DNA from: Edaphobacter aggregans
Lineage (GTDB): Bacteria > Acidobacteriota > Terriglobia > Terriglobales > Acidobacteriaceae
NCBI RefSeq assembly: GCF_003945235.1
Contig: NZ_RSDW01000001.1
Location: 5,550,001 to 5,582,000, forward strand
Length of the DNA stretch: 32,000 bases
Direction of reading: 5' to 3'
Part shown: positions 18,523 through 27,454 of the stretch, in pieces
Numbering within the stretch: the stretch's first letter is position 1
How the letters are laid out: every line of letters begins with the position of its first letter
Translations under genes and position numbers: made by a program
Notes under the pieces: generated by a model
Databases searched by the model: none
What the model was told of the DNA's origin: nothing
The model's input: only the letters and a program-made list of their open reading frames with translations

Positions 18523-20634
18523 ATGGCAGAGGTAGAGCGCCAGCTTCGACCGCTCCGGTTTGACGATTTTGAGGTTGACCCTCGAAGCGGCGAGTTGCGC
18601 AAGGCCGGAGTAAAGCTAAAGTTCGGTGGCCAACCTTTTCAGGTTCTATGCATTCTGCTGGAGCAGCCGGGCGAAGTTGTGACCCGGGAGGAATTGCAGA
18701 AGCGGCTTTGGCCGGACACGTTTGTCGATGTCGACCATAATCTGAATACCGCTATTAATAAGATTCGCGAGGTGCTGGGGGACTCGGCGGAGAGTCCTCG
18801 CTATGTTGAAACGCTGCCTAGGCGCGGGTACAGATTCATCGGACTACCGGCAGAATCCGTAGTTCCCCCCGAGCCAGATCGCGGATCACATTACCAGCGC
18901 TGGTGGAAGATCGCGGCGGGTGCCCTTGCCATCTTGATCTTTGCCATTGGTGGCGTCGTTGCCTATCGATGGTCGCGGCAGCAGCGTCCGCCTGAGAAGA
19001 TGGAGGTATTGACTGCCTTTCCGTTTACTACTCTACCCGGAGAAGAGACTGCCCCGGCTTTCTCCCCCGATGGCTCCAGAATCGCCTTCGCGTGGAACGG
19101 CGATCCTGGACCCGGAGCCAAGGGCTTCGACCTGTACGTGAAAGCCATCGGGAGCGAGACTCTTCTGCGTCTGACACATCATCCCTCGGAATGGATTAGT
19201 TCGACATGGTCCCCCGACGGCACACAGATCGCCTTTCACCGCAAAGATGGCGTTGACACGGGAATCTATGTTGTCCCCGCACTTGGCGGTCCTGAACGAA
19301 AATTACACTCCACCCGAATACCCTGGACTGATTTCACTTTTATCAGTTGGTCGCCCGACGGCAAGTGGATCGCCCTCGCTGATTTATTACCAGAAGAGGA
19401 ACACGCAAGGGTCTATCTGCTCTCCCCGGAAACACTGGAAAGCAAGCAGATCCCAAATGATCCAAAATGCCTTGGTCAAGGTCAACCGGCGTTCTCCCAC
19501 AGCGGGGAGTACCTTGCATACTGGTGTTATCGAAGCCCGAACGAATCCGGCCTGTACTCCTTACCACTTGCAGGTGGTAAGGCCAAGATAGTTTCATCCG
19601 TTCTGGGTCTTCCGGCTGGGTTAACCTGGTCGGCTGACGACAAGGAGCTTATTTATTCCCTCGACGATGGGTTGACGAGAGAACTCGGCGAAGTTACCGT
19701 TGCAAATGGTTCGGTAAGGCGACTTACCTTCGCAGGAAATGCAGGACTGCCCGCAGTTTCGTCCAGGGGAGACAAACTGGCCTTTAGCTCTTTTTCCGGT
19801 ATCGCCAATATTTGGCGTAGAGACCTGCTGCACCCCGAAGCTCCAGCTGTAGAACTCATCCCTTCCACACGATTGCAGCACAATCCCCAATACTCTCCCG
19901 ACGGAAAGCGCATCGCGTTTTCATCGGAACGAACTGGCGTGCCGGGAGTCTGGGTCAGCAGTGACGATGGTAGCAATCTGGTCCAGATCTCAAGCCCCCA
20001 TGTGGCGAGTGGCAGTCCGCAATGGTCACCGGACGGAAAAAAGATCGCGTTTGACGCACGCCCGCTGGACCGTTGGGAGATATATGTAGCGGACGTAGCC
20101 GAAGGGAACCCTAGGAGGCTGGTCACGAATATCTCCAGCATATACAGGCCCCACTGGTCTCGCGATGGGAGGTGGATTTATTTCCGATCCTACGAAACTG
20201 GCCGTGCGGGAATCTATCGTTGCCCGGCAGCCGGCGGAGATGCGATCGCACTCTCCAAAGATATCGATGCGTACGGTCCGCAGGAGTCTTTCGATGGGAA
20301 GACAGTCTATTTTTCAAGCCGAGATACGCATTCAAAGCTGAAAAGAGTTGATCTGTCGGCACAGCCCGGCACGGAGTCGGAGGTGGAGGGACTTCCCCGC
20401 CTTAAAGGCTCTCAGCGTTGGACCCTCACTCCCAATGGTGTCTATTTTGTGCCTGACGAAGCACCCAAATCTGTTCGCTACTTCGATTTCGCCAGCAAGC
20501 AGATACGCCCAATCTTTGAAGCAGATAAGGATTTCGGTAGCGGCCTGTCAATCTCTCCCGATGGCCGTTGGATCCTCTATTCACAAGATGGCGATAAAAA
20601 CAGCGACATAATGATCGTCGATCAATTTCACTAG
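18523..20634 (+). CDS. CadC/OmpR-type winged-helix transcriptional regulator fused to a TM segment and a TolB-like beta-propeller
   Basis: 703-aa ORF. The N-terminus (FDDFEVDPRSGELRKAGVKLKFGGQPFQVLCILLE...TREELQKRLWPDTFVDVDHNLNTAINKIREVL...ETLPRRGYRF) is a trans_reg_C-type domain. A TM segment follows (WWKIAAGALAILIFAIGGVVAY). The C-terminus has multiple FSPDG/WSPDG/YSPDG (PD40) repeats. Confidence 0.9.
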   Translation: MAEVERQLRPLRFDDFEVDPRSGELRKAGVKLKFGGQPFQVLCILLEQPGEVVTREELQKRLWPDTFVDVDHNLNTAINKIREVLGDSAESPRYVETLPRRGYRFIGLPAESVVPPEPDRGSHYQRWWKIAAGALAILIFAIGGVVAYRWSRQQRPPEKMEVLTAFPFTTLPGEETAPAFSPDGSRIAFAWNGDPGPGAKGFDLYVKAIGSETLLRLTHHPSEWISSTWSPDGTQIAFHRKDGVDTGIYVVPALGGPERKLHSTRIPWTDFTFISWSPDGKWIALADLLPEEEHARVYLLSPETLESKQIPNDPKCLGQGQPAFSHSGEYLAYWCYRSPNESGLYSLPLAGGKAKIVSSVLGLPAGLTWSADDKELIYSLDDGLTRELGEVTVANGSVRRLTFAGNAGLPAVSSRGDKLAFSSFSGIANIWRRDLLHPEAPAVELIPSTRLQHNPQYSPDGKRIAFSSERTGVPGVWVSSDDGSNLVQISSPHVASGSPQWSPDGKKIAFDARPLDRWEIYVADVAEGNPRRLVTNISSIYRPHWSRDGRWIYFRSYETGRAGIYRCPAAGGDAIALSKDIDAYGPQESFDGKTVYFSSRDTHSKLKRVDLSAQPGTESEVEGLPRLKGSQRWTLTPNGVYFVPDEAPKSVRYFDFASKQIRPIFEADKDFGSGLSISPDGRWILYSQDGDKNSDIMIVDQFH

Positions 20635-20781
20635 TATCGAGAGGGCTGAAAAGCAGCGAGTACATACTCTCACTTCCTGCGAAATCGCCTTTCACGGTCA
20701 CCCGGAAGTAATCCGTTTCGGCATTCTCAATTAGTGAGAAATCGCCAACTCACTCATCGACAAATGAGATCGAGGCAAGTT

Positions 20782-20807
20782 GCCGAATAGTCGCCTTGTC
20801 GAACAAG
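20782..20807 (+). repeat. Dispersed intergenic repeat, partial copy C (core only)
   Basis: GCCGAATAGTCGCCTTGTCGAACAAG matches the core of copy A (92-116) at about 19/25 and the core of copy B (2989-3013). It lies in the gene-poor stretch downstream of the CadC-like gene. Confidence 0.4.
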
Positions 20808-21341
20808 CGGTTGCCGTAGCGCCCTGGAAACAGGGTTTATGGCAACTTCGACGCACCCTGGATCGCCGAACGCCCGAACTTGCGGGCACTACGAAGATCG
20901 CTTTCGCTAAGCCGACTTCCCGTTACCGATGGGGATGCTAGTGGCCATAGTTAATGACACGAGTTAGCTTCCAGGAGGCGGTCCCGCCGACCGATCACTT
21001 CGAGCTTCGCCGCGTTTTGTCTGAGCCGTTCGCGCTCCATCCGCAGATAGCCACGGAGCAAGGCGGAGCGAAGGAGCAAGCGAGTGGACGAGAGTTTTTT
21101 CAAGTAGTCTCTTTCAACGTCCGTCGCCAGCTTTCCTGGGCGGTCTGTTCTTGTGATGTACATAGGTTTAGACCGCCGCGCTTTCGACTCTAAACGCATG
21201 TGCCCATTTTTGTGCCCATGCTATTTCAAAATCAGTCGTAATCAGGCCATATAGGTAGCAATGCAACGCTGAGTGGCATTGCTCTAATATGCTGGTGTAT
21301 AGTGACTTCCAGCAATAGATAGCAGGGGGAGGAGAAGGCAA

Positions 21342-21394
<53 letters not shown>

Positions 21395-21563
21395 ATTAAA
21401 TCAACAACTTATAAAGTCTACCTAGAATCGGTAGTAAGTGGTCGCAAAACCGCTATGGGGGAATCTGTAGGACAGCAGATCTCTAGCCTAGTGTTGCGCT
21501 GTCTATGCTTAGTCCCCACCGAAAGACCAATGCTTCAAGATGGATTGCTCAGCGCGCTATCTC

Positions 21564-23129
21564 CTAGGAAGAGACCTCAATGACCAGTCCCTCCGAACCC
21601 TGCAGCTCGACAAAGTTGTCTACCCGCTCTGTGTCACGACGAGAAACGGTACCTGCGAGAACGATCCCGACTTCTGTAGCTACCTGAACCGGGCTGTTAC
21701 CGAAATTGAGGAATATCACTATGCGTTCGGTCTCTGAGTTTCGTTCAAAGCTTAATAGATCACCTAAGGTTGTTACGGAGCTCAACTGAGCACCTACCAG
21801 CGTCGGGTGCGCTCGCCTAAGAGCGATCAACCTGCGATACAGGTTCAAGATGGATGTCTCATCCCTTTCTTCAACTTCAACATTCAGTGCCCGATGATCG
21901 GCAACGAGAGGTAGCCAAGGACGACCGTGCGTGAAACCGGCCTTCTCAGAGCAGTCCCACATCATAGGAGCTCGTTCTGGATCTCGTCCCATTCCAATCC
22001 CGGGCTGTCTCTTTTCGGCGGGATCCTGCACATCTTCCGGCGTGATCAACGCATTGGTCATGCCGATCTCTTCGCCGTAGTAGACAGTCAACGTTCCAGG
22101 AAGAGTGAGCAACAGCATAGCTGCTATCGCGGCTTGGGAGAGGCCGACTCTGGCCGCAACGCGCGCATTGTCATGATTCCCCAGTACCCAATTTGGCCAA
22201 GCTCCCTGCGGTAACGTTGTCATATATTCAGAGATAACCTGGGCGACGGCTTGTGCGTTCCATGGACATTGGAGCAGCAGAAAGTTGAACGGTAGATTTG
22301 CGCCGCTCAAATCCTGTCCGTAATAAGTCATCAGCTCCTTTATGGGAAGGTATATCTCACCAATGAGGACGCGTCCGGGATAGCTGTCAATCAGGGCCCT
22401 CATCTCTGCCACAATCTCGTGCACTTCCGGACGATTTGAGTTGTATACCGGCAGCAAACTATTGGCCGAGGATTGTCCCGATGCGAGGTGAGGATCCAGT
22501 GGATTGTCGCGATACTGATTGTCTTTGATTAAGAGCCACATGACATCCACGCGAAATCCGTCTACGCCCTTGTCCAGCCAGAACCGCAATACGTCGTACA
22601 TCGCCCTCCGAACAGCGGGATTGCGCCAGTTCAGGTCTGGCTGTTCCTTTAAAAAAGAGTGGTAGTAATACTGATTTGTCTGCTTATCCCACTCCCACCC
22701 CGAACCACCGAAGTTGCTCATCCAATTGTTCGGCTCATCTCGCCACAGATACCAATTTCGTTTGGCGTTAACCAGCGAAGATCGGCTTTCCAAAAACCAA
22801 GGATGCTGATCGGAGGAATGATTGGGAACGAAATCGAGAATCAACTTTAGATGTCGGCGGTGAGCTTCTTTGAGGAGGCGATCGAAGTCCTGCATCGTTC
22901 CGAAGATTGGATCGACGCTGCAATAATCAGCGACGTCATATCCGAAATCAGCCATAGGAGATCGATAAATTGGTGCCACCCAAATAGCGTCGACCCCGAG
23001 TTTCACCAGATAGTCGAGTCGCTGAATAATGCCATCCAAATCTCCTATGCCGTCTCCGTTGCTGTCCTGAAACGAACGAGGATAGACCTCGTATATCACC
23101 GCGGATTGCCACCAAGCGAGATCGTGCAT
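21564..23129 (-). CDS. GH13 alpha-glucosidase / oligo-1,6-glucosidase-like
   Basis: 521-aa ORF with the N-terminus WWQSAVIYEVYPRSFQDSNGDGIGDLDGIIQRLDYLVKLGVDAIWVAPIY. GH13 regions are present: DFVPNHSS, GFRVDVMW, GEIY, GNHDN. Confidence 0.9.
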   Translation of the reverse strand: MHDLAWWQSAVIYEVYPRSFQDSNGDGIGDLDGIIQRLDYLVKLGVDAIWVAPIYRSPMADFGYDVADYCSVDPIFGTMQDFDRLLKEAHRRHLKLILDFVPNHSSDQHPWFLESRSSLVNAKRNWYLWRDEPNNWMSNFGGSGWEWDKQTNQYYYHSFLKEQPDLNWRNPAVRRAMYDVLRFWLDKGVDGFRVDVMWLLIKDNQYRDNPLDPHLASGQSSANSLLPVYNSNRPEVHEIVAEMRALIDSYPGRVLIGEIYLPIKELMTYYGQDLSGANLPFNFLLLQCPWNAQAVAQVISEYMTTLPQGAWPNWVLGNHDNARVAARVGLSQAAIAAMLLLTLPGTLTVYYGEEIGMTNALITPEDVQDPAEKRQPGIGMGRDPERAPMMWDCSEKAGFTHGRPWLPLVADHRALNVEVEERDETSILNLYRRLIALRRAHPTLVGAQLSSVTTLGDLLSFERNSETERIVIFLNFGNSPVQVATEVGIVLAGTVSRRDTERVDNFVELQGSEGLVIEVSS

Positions 23130-23173
23130 CTAACTTCACTCCAGAAAGAATTTCGCATTGAAAGATCGACCGC

Positions 23174-24835
23174 ATGATCAATGACCTTTGGTACAAGAAC
23201 GCAATTATCTATTGCCTCTCAGTCGCAACTTATATGGATGCAAATGGAGACGGCATAGGAGACTTTCAAGGATTGATGCGCCGTTTGGATTATCTGCAGG
23301 GGATGGGTGTCACCGCGATTTGGCTAATGCCGTTTCAACCATCTCCAGGTAGGGATGACGGTTACGATGTCACGGACTACTACGGCGTCGACCCTCGCTA
23401 CGGTACGCTTGGCGATTTCGTCGAGTTCACTCATGGCTGCAAACAGCGCGGATTGCGCGTAATGATCGACTTGGTAGTCAACCACACCTCCAATGAACAT
23501 CCGTGGTTCCAAGCTGCACGTCGCGATCCACAATCCAAATATCGTGACTGGTATGTGTGGTCCAAGAAGAAACCAAAGAATGCAGCCTCAGGTGTGGTGT
23601 TTCCAGGAGTACAGAAGTCGACATGGGACTACGACCAAGTTGCCAAGGCCTATTACTTCCATCGTTTTTACGATTTTCAACCGGACCTCAATACTTCCAA
23701 TCCTGAAGTTCAAGCTGAGATTCTCAAGACCATGGGTTTCTGGTTGCAACTCGGGGTCTCCGGCTTTCGCATGGACGCTGTTCCATTTGTCATTTCACAG
23801 AAGGGCGCGAATGTCGCCAAACCCGAAGAGCAATACGATATGCTGCGTACCTTCAGCCAGTTCCTAACCTGGAGAGAGGGAGAAGCAATCATCCTGGCCG
23901 AAGCGAACGTGCTTCCAGGCACCGACATGAAATACTTCGGCCTTGCTGGTGAGCGGTTGCAGATGATGTTCAACTTTGAGGTGAACCAACATCTCTTTTA
24001 TGCGCTTGCCACGAGCGATTCTCGACCACTCGTTAAGGCAATGCGGTGGACAAAAGCGAGACCCGCTACGGCTCAGTGGGGGCAATTTCTCAGAAATCAT
24101 GATGAACTCGACCTCGGACGTTTAGAAGTCAAGCAGAGAAAGACTGTCTTTAGTAAATTTGGCCCCGATCCGGACATGCAGCTGTACCAACGGGGGATCC
24201 GACGCCGCCTCGCTCCGATGCTGCAGGGTGATCGTCGCCGACTTGAACTCGCCTACAGTTTGATGATGACATTACCGGGTACACCGGTGATTCGTTATGG
24301 CGACGAGATTGGGATGGGGGACAATCTCGCTCTGCCTGAACGAAACTGTGCCCGAACGCCTATGCAATGGTCTACAGAACCGCAGGCCGGTTTCACGAAA
24401 GGTGACAATCCGGTGCTGCCTGTTATCAGCGATGGCCCTTACGGTTTTCAACATGTCAACGTCGCTGATCAGCGCCGGGATCCGAACTCACTTCTCAACT
24501 GGATGGAACGCATAATCCGCATGCGCAAAGAAGTTCCTGAGATTGGCTGGGGCGACTTTTCTTTTCTTTCGGCAGGCACTCCAGAGGTTCTGGTGATGCA
24601 GTACGCCTGGCGCAATAACTCCGTACTATGTGTACACAATCTTAGCGGCGAGCCACGAGAAATTCGATTCTCGATTCAAGCCGAAGAAAAGTCATGCATA
24701 CTGGCTAATCTTTTATCCAACGAGCACAGTCAACCTGACCAGGGTGGCCGACACTCCATGCTTCTGGAGCCGTATGGTTATCGCTGGTTTAGGCTTTGCG
24801 GCTTGGACTACCTCCTCAAACGATCAGACATCTGA
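23174..24835 (+). CDS. GH13 alpha-amylase-family protein, trehalose-synthase (TreS)-like
   Basis: 553-aa ORF with the N-terminus LWYKNAIIYCLSVATYMDANGDGIGDFQGLMRRLDYLQGMGVTAIWLMPF. GH13 regions are present: DLVVNHTS, GFRMDAVPF, LAEANV and FLRNHDELDL, the last being TreS-like. The exact activity is not determinable from sequence alone. Confidence 0.85.
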   Translation: MINDLWYKNAIIYCLSVATYMDANGDGIGDFQGLMRRLDYLQGMGVTAIWLMPFQPSPGRDDGYDVTDYYGVDPRYGTLGDFVEFTHGCKQRGLRVMIDLVVNHTSNEHPWFQAARRDPQSKYRDWYVWSKKKPKNAASGVVFPGVQKSTWDYDQVAKAYYFHRFYDFQPDLNTSNPEVQAEILKTMGFWLQLGVSGFRMDAVPFVISQKGANVAKPEEQYDMLRTFSQFLTWREGEAIILAEANVLPGTDMKYFGLAGERLQMMFNFEVNQHLFYALATSDSRPLVKAMRWTKARPATAQWGQFLRNHDELDLGRLEVKQRKTVFSKFGPDPDMQLYQRGIRRRLAPMLQGDRRRLELAYSLMMTLPGTPVIRYGDEIGMGDNLALPERNCARTPMQWSTEPQAGFTKGDNPVLPVISDGPYGFQHVNVADQRRDPNSLLNWMERIIRMRKEVPEIGWGDFSFLSAGTPEVLVMQYAWRNNSVLCVHNLSGEPREIRFSIQAEEKSCILANLLSNEHSQPDQGGRHSMLLEPYGYRWFRLCGLDYLLKRSDI

Positions 24836-25055
24836 GGCGCATGCAGAGCCCGAGGCCAATCTTCGATGCGAAGCTCTGATGCACAAATATCAACATCGAA
24901 TACGAACAGGAGCGTGGAGCCTTATTTTGAGGAGATCGCGCAAATTATGTGGACCGATAGAAGATCAACGGACAACCTCTCAAGACGCACTGAGACTCAC
25001 AGCATAGGTGTTAGATGGGCCATTTACCCCTGTTTTTTGACTGACGGTCATTCGT

Positions 25056-25086
25056 CTCCCGGTTGTGTTTAGCCGGGAGCTTTTTT
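25056..25086 (+). terminator. Rho-independent terminator-like hairpin + T6
   Basis: CTCCCGG (25056-62) pairs with CCGGGAG (25073-79) across a 10-nt loop. One nucleotide later comes TTTTTT (25081-86). It lies 220 nt downstream of the TreS-like stop. Confidence 0.6.
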
Positions 25087-25218
25087 GCGCCTCAGCATCT
25101 TTCAGGGAGGATCGATGTTCTTCTGCGAAGGGTTCCTTGGGCATTTACGTCGCCGGCTAAATTTCAATTACACGTACCCTGAGGAAGTTGCATCACAACT
25201 GTTTTGGAGGAGCACTCT

Positions 25219-26096
25219 ATGCGCGGAACTTCTCTGTCTGTGGATCCGAAACAGGCCGGCCGGAAACCCCCTTACACTGCCAGGAAACAGCGACCGCCAG
25301 GTCTAGAGTCAAAGATGGTACCGAAGGCGATGGCTATGTCGGGAACTCAAGGCTTGCCAGCAAAGTGGCAATTATCACTGGCGGAGACAGCGGTATAGGT
25401 CGCGCAATAGCCATTGCGTTTGCAAGAGAGGGCGCTGACGTCGTCCTAAGTTACTTGCAGGCAGAACAGAGAGACGCTCGCGAGACAGCAAGTTGGGTCA
25501 TCGAAGCAGGTCGCGAAGCACTCTTAGTTCCTGGCGACGTTCGGCAGAAGAGGTACTGCCAAGGATTGGTTTCAAAGGCAATGCGGAAATTCGGCCGTCT
25601 AGATATTGTGGTCAATAATGCCGCGTTCCAGAGGACATACGCAAAGCCGGCGGATATTACTGAGCGCGAATTTGATCAGACTTTTCGCACGAATGTTTAC
25701 GGGACATTTTTCCTGTCCCAGGCGGCATTGGAAAAGATGCGGAAAGGCGGATCGATCATCAATACCTGCTCTATACAGGCGTTTGATCCCAGCGCACAGC
25801 TACTTGTCTACGCTGCCACCAAGGCAGCGCTTGTAAATCTCACCAAGGGAATGGCCAAAGCGTCTGCGAAACAAAGCATCCGAGTCAACGGCGTAGCGCC
25901 TGGTCCAGTATGGACGCCACTGATTCCATCGACATTGCCGAGGTCTAAGTACAGAACCTTTGGCAATGACACGGCTTTCGAAAGGGCAGCCCAGCCAGCC
26001 GAAATAGCTCCTTTGTATGTCTTTTTAGCTTCAAACGAAGCGTCCTATGTAACCGGAGAGATATTCGGGGCGACAGGGGGGCAAACTCCGTACTGA
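25219..26096 (+). pseudogene. YghA/YdaD-type SDR oxidoreductase (general-stress-protein-39 family) with an N-terminal frameshift
   Basis: The body (frame of ORF 25188-26096) reads KVAIITGGDSGIGRAIAIAFAREGADVVLSYL...NNAA...YAATKAA...APGPVWTPL. The family-specific N-terminal extension (MRGTSLSVDPKQ...KQRPPGLESKMVP, with GGAGG 8 nt before ATG 25219) is in a different frame (ORF 25204-25398). The two frames join at about 25321-25323 if one nucleotide is restored. Confidence 0.85.
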
Positions 26097-26250
26097 GTTG
26101 GGGGCGGCGTATTAGATCTGTAATAGCTCTAGCCCTGGTCTTGCTTTGGACAACTCGTAGATGACTTATCCCGTCACATTTAGTACTGCACTTCGGGCCC
26201 GTTTGATTAGTTGACCCCGCAGACTGAAAATCCGAAAGGCCCCACATCTT

Positions 26251-26619
26251 ATGAAATCCATACGAAAGACATTAGTGGCTTCGGCCGCGATCGCCGCAGT
26301 TTGCTTGTTTGTTCCTGTCTTCGCGACGGCGCAAGCCGCGCCTGATAATACCAAGCAAAACACCGATCATACAACCACTGCAGACAGCCAATCCAACGCT
26401 TCAGCAGACCGTGCGACCACAGCCAAAGTGCGTAAAGCGATTATGGCGGACAAGAACCTCTCCACCTATGCTCACAATGTCAAAGTCATTACAACCAATG
26501 GTCAGGTCACCTTGAAGGGCCCCGTTAAATCCGAAGAGGAAAAGCAGCAAATTGTTTCGGATGCTAGCACGGTGGTCTCTGCCGAAAACGTCACTAATCA
26601 ATTGACTGTGAAGCAATAG
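26251..26619 (+). CDS. BON-domain (OsmY-like) periplasmic protein
   Basis: 122-aa ORF with a signal peptide (…VPVFATAQA) and a low-complexity linker. The BON signature follows: DRATTAKVRKAIMADKNLSTYAHNVKVITTNGQVTLKGPVKSEEEKQQI...V.NQLTV. Confidence 0.88.
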   Translation: MKSIRKTLVASAAIAAVCLFVPVFATAQAAPDNTKQNTDHTTTADSQSNASADRATTAKVRKAIMADKNLSTYAHNVKVITTNGQVTLKGPVKSEEEKQQIVSDASTVVSAENVTNQLTVKQ

Positions 26620-26677
26620 TTAGATGAAGTTACATGCCATTTCAACTAAGATTTTTTACTTTAACCAGGAGTTTCCA

Positions 26678-27313
26678 ATGTCCAGCAAACACGTCGCAGT
26701 ATTCGGTATCTATAAGACGCCCGCCACCGCAGAAGCCGCGGTCGACCATCTCCTTTCTGTCGGATTCGCCAATGAAGCCATCTCCGTGTTGCTTCCCGAT
26801 GATGAAAGTACTCGTGCCTTCGCTCATGAAAAGGCAACCAAGGCTCCCGAAGGCGCGACCACTGGAGCCGCCACTGGCGGAGTCGTCGGCGGCACACTGG
26901 GCTTGCTGGCCGGCATTGGTGCGCTCGCAATTCCGGGAGTCGGTCCGCTCATTGCCGCCGGACCAATTATGGCTTCCCTTGCCGGCCTCGGTGTAGGTGG
27001 GGCTGTCGGGGGTATGGTTGGATCGCTGGTTGGTCTGGGCATTCCAGAGTACGAGGCAAAGCGTTACGAAGGCGCAGTCAAGGACGGGGGCACACTGCTC
27101 TCCGTGCATTGCGACACCTCGGAACAGATTGATGCGGCGAAGGCTGCGCTCAAGAATACAGGCGCCCAAGACATATCGTCTGCCAGCGAAGCTGGCAACG
27201 AGGATACGAAAGGTGGCCGCGGAACCTTTGGAAACATTTCAGAAGGCGAGCGCATAGTCGGCACAACGACAGCCCATGATGCTGTCGCTGTGGAGAAGAC
27301 CTCCTTGCGCTAG
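26678..27313 (+). CDS. Stress-associated glycine-zipper membrane protein (YflT/GSP17M-like N-domain)
   Basis: The start is set at ATG 26678, with AGGAG 8 nt upstream. The N-terminus reads VAVFGIYKTPATAEAAVDHLLSVGF...ISVLLPDD. A Gly-rich hydrophobic core follows (GATTGAATGGVVGGTLGLLAGIGALAIPGVGPLIAAGPIMASLAGLGVGGAVGG), then IPEYEAKRYEGAVKDGGTLLSVHC. It lies 58 nt after the BON gene and is probably in the same operon. Confidence 0.78.
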   Translation: MSSKHVAVFGIYKTPATAEAAVDHLLSVGFANEAISVLLPDDESTRAFAHEKATKAPEGATTGAATGGVVGGTLGLLAGIGALAIPGVGPLIAAGPIMASLAGLGVGGAVGGMVGSLVGLGIPEYEAKRYEGAVKDGGTLLSVHCDTSEQIDAAKAALKNTGAQDISSASEAGNEDTKGGRGTFGNISEGERIVGTTTAHDAVAVEKTSLR

Positions 27314-27337
27314 TTTATTCGCGGCCGACTGTCAAAT

Positions 27338-27360
27338 GGCCCACTGAGCCTCAGTGGGCC
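27338..27360 (+). terminator. GC-rich hairpin downstream of the glycine-zipper gene (no U-tract)
   Basis: GGCCCACTG (27338-46) pairs with CAGTGGGCC (27352-60) across a 5-nt loop, 25 nt after the stop codon. The absence of a T-run makes its role as an intrinsic terminator uncertain. Confidence 0.35.
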
Positions 27361-27454
27361 GTTGGCAGTGGAAGAAGTCTAAGAACAATGTGCAACTCGA
27401 GGCATATGTCGTTTCGACCCACATCAATGTGGTTATTCCTTTTCTAGGTGATAT

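Noticed and set aside
20951-21199. 82-aa minus-strand ORF (…MYITRTDRPGKLATDVERDYLKKL...) next to the pseudo-tRNA. I considered it as an integrase or excisionase remnant.
   Set aside because: It has no tyrosine-recombinase or Xis motifs that I can recognise and no clear SD. It contains a perfect 8-bp GC hairpin. The evidence is too weak to call it a gene.
24836-25218. ORFs 24866-25072 and 25085-25306 downstream of the TreS-like gene.
   Set aside because: They have no SD and no motifs. The first ORF ends inside the terminator hairpin (stop at 25070-72), and the second starts in the terminator's T-run (25085) and overlaps the SDR N-terminal region in another frame.
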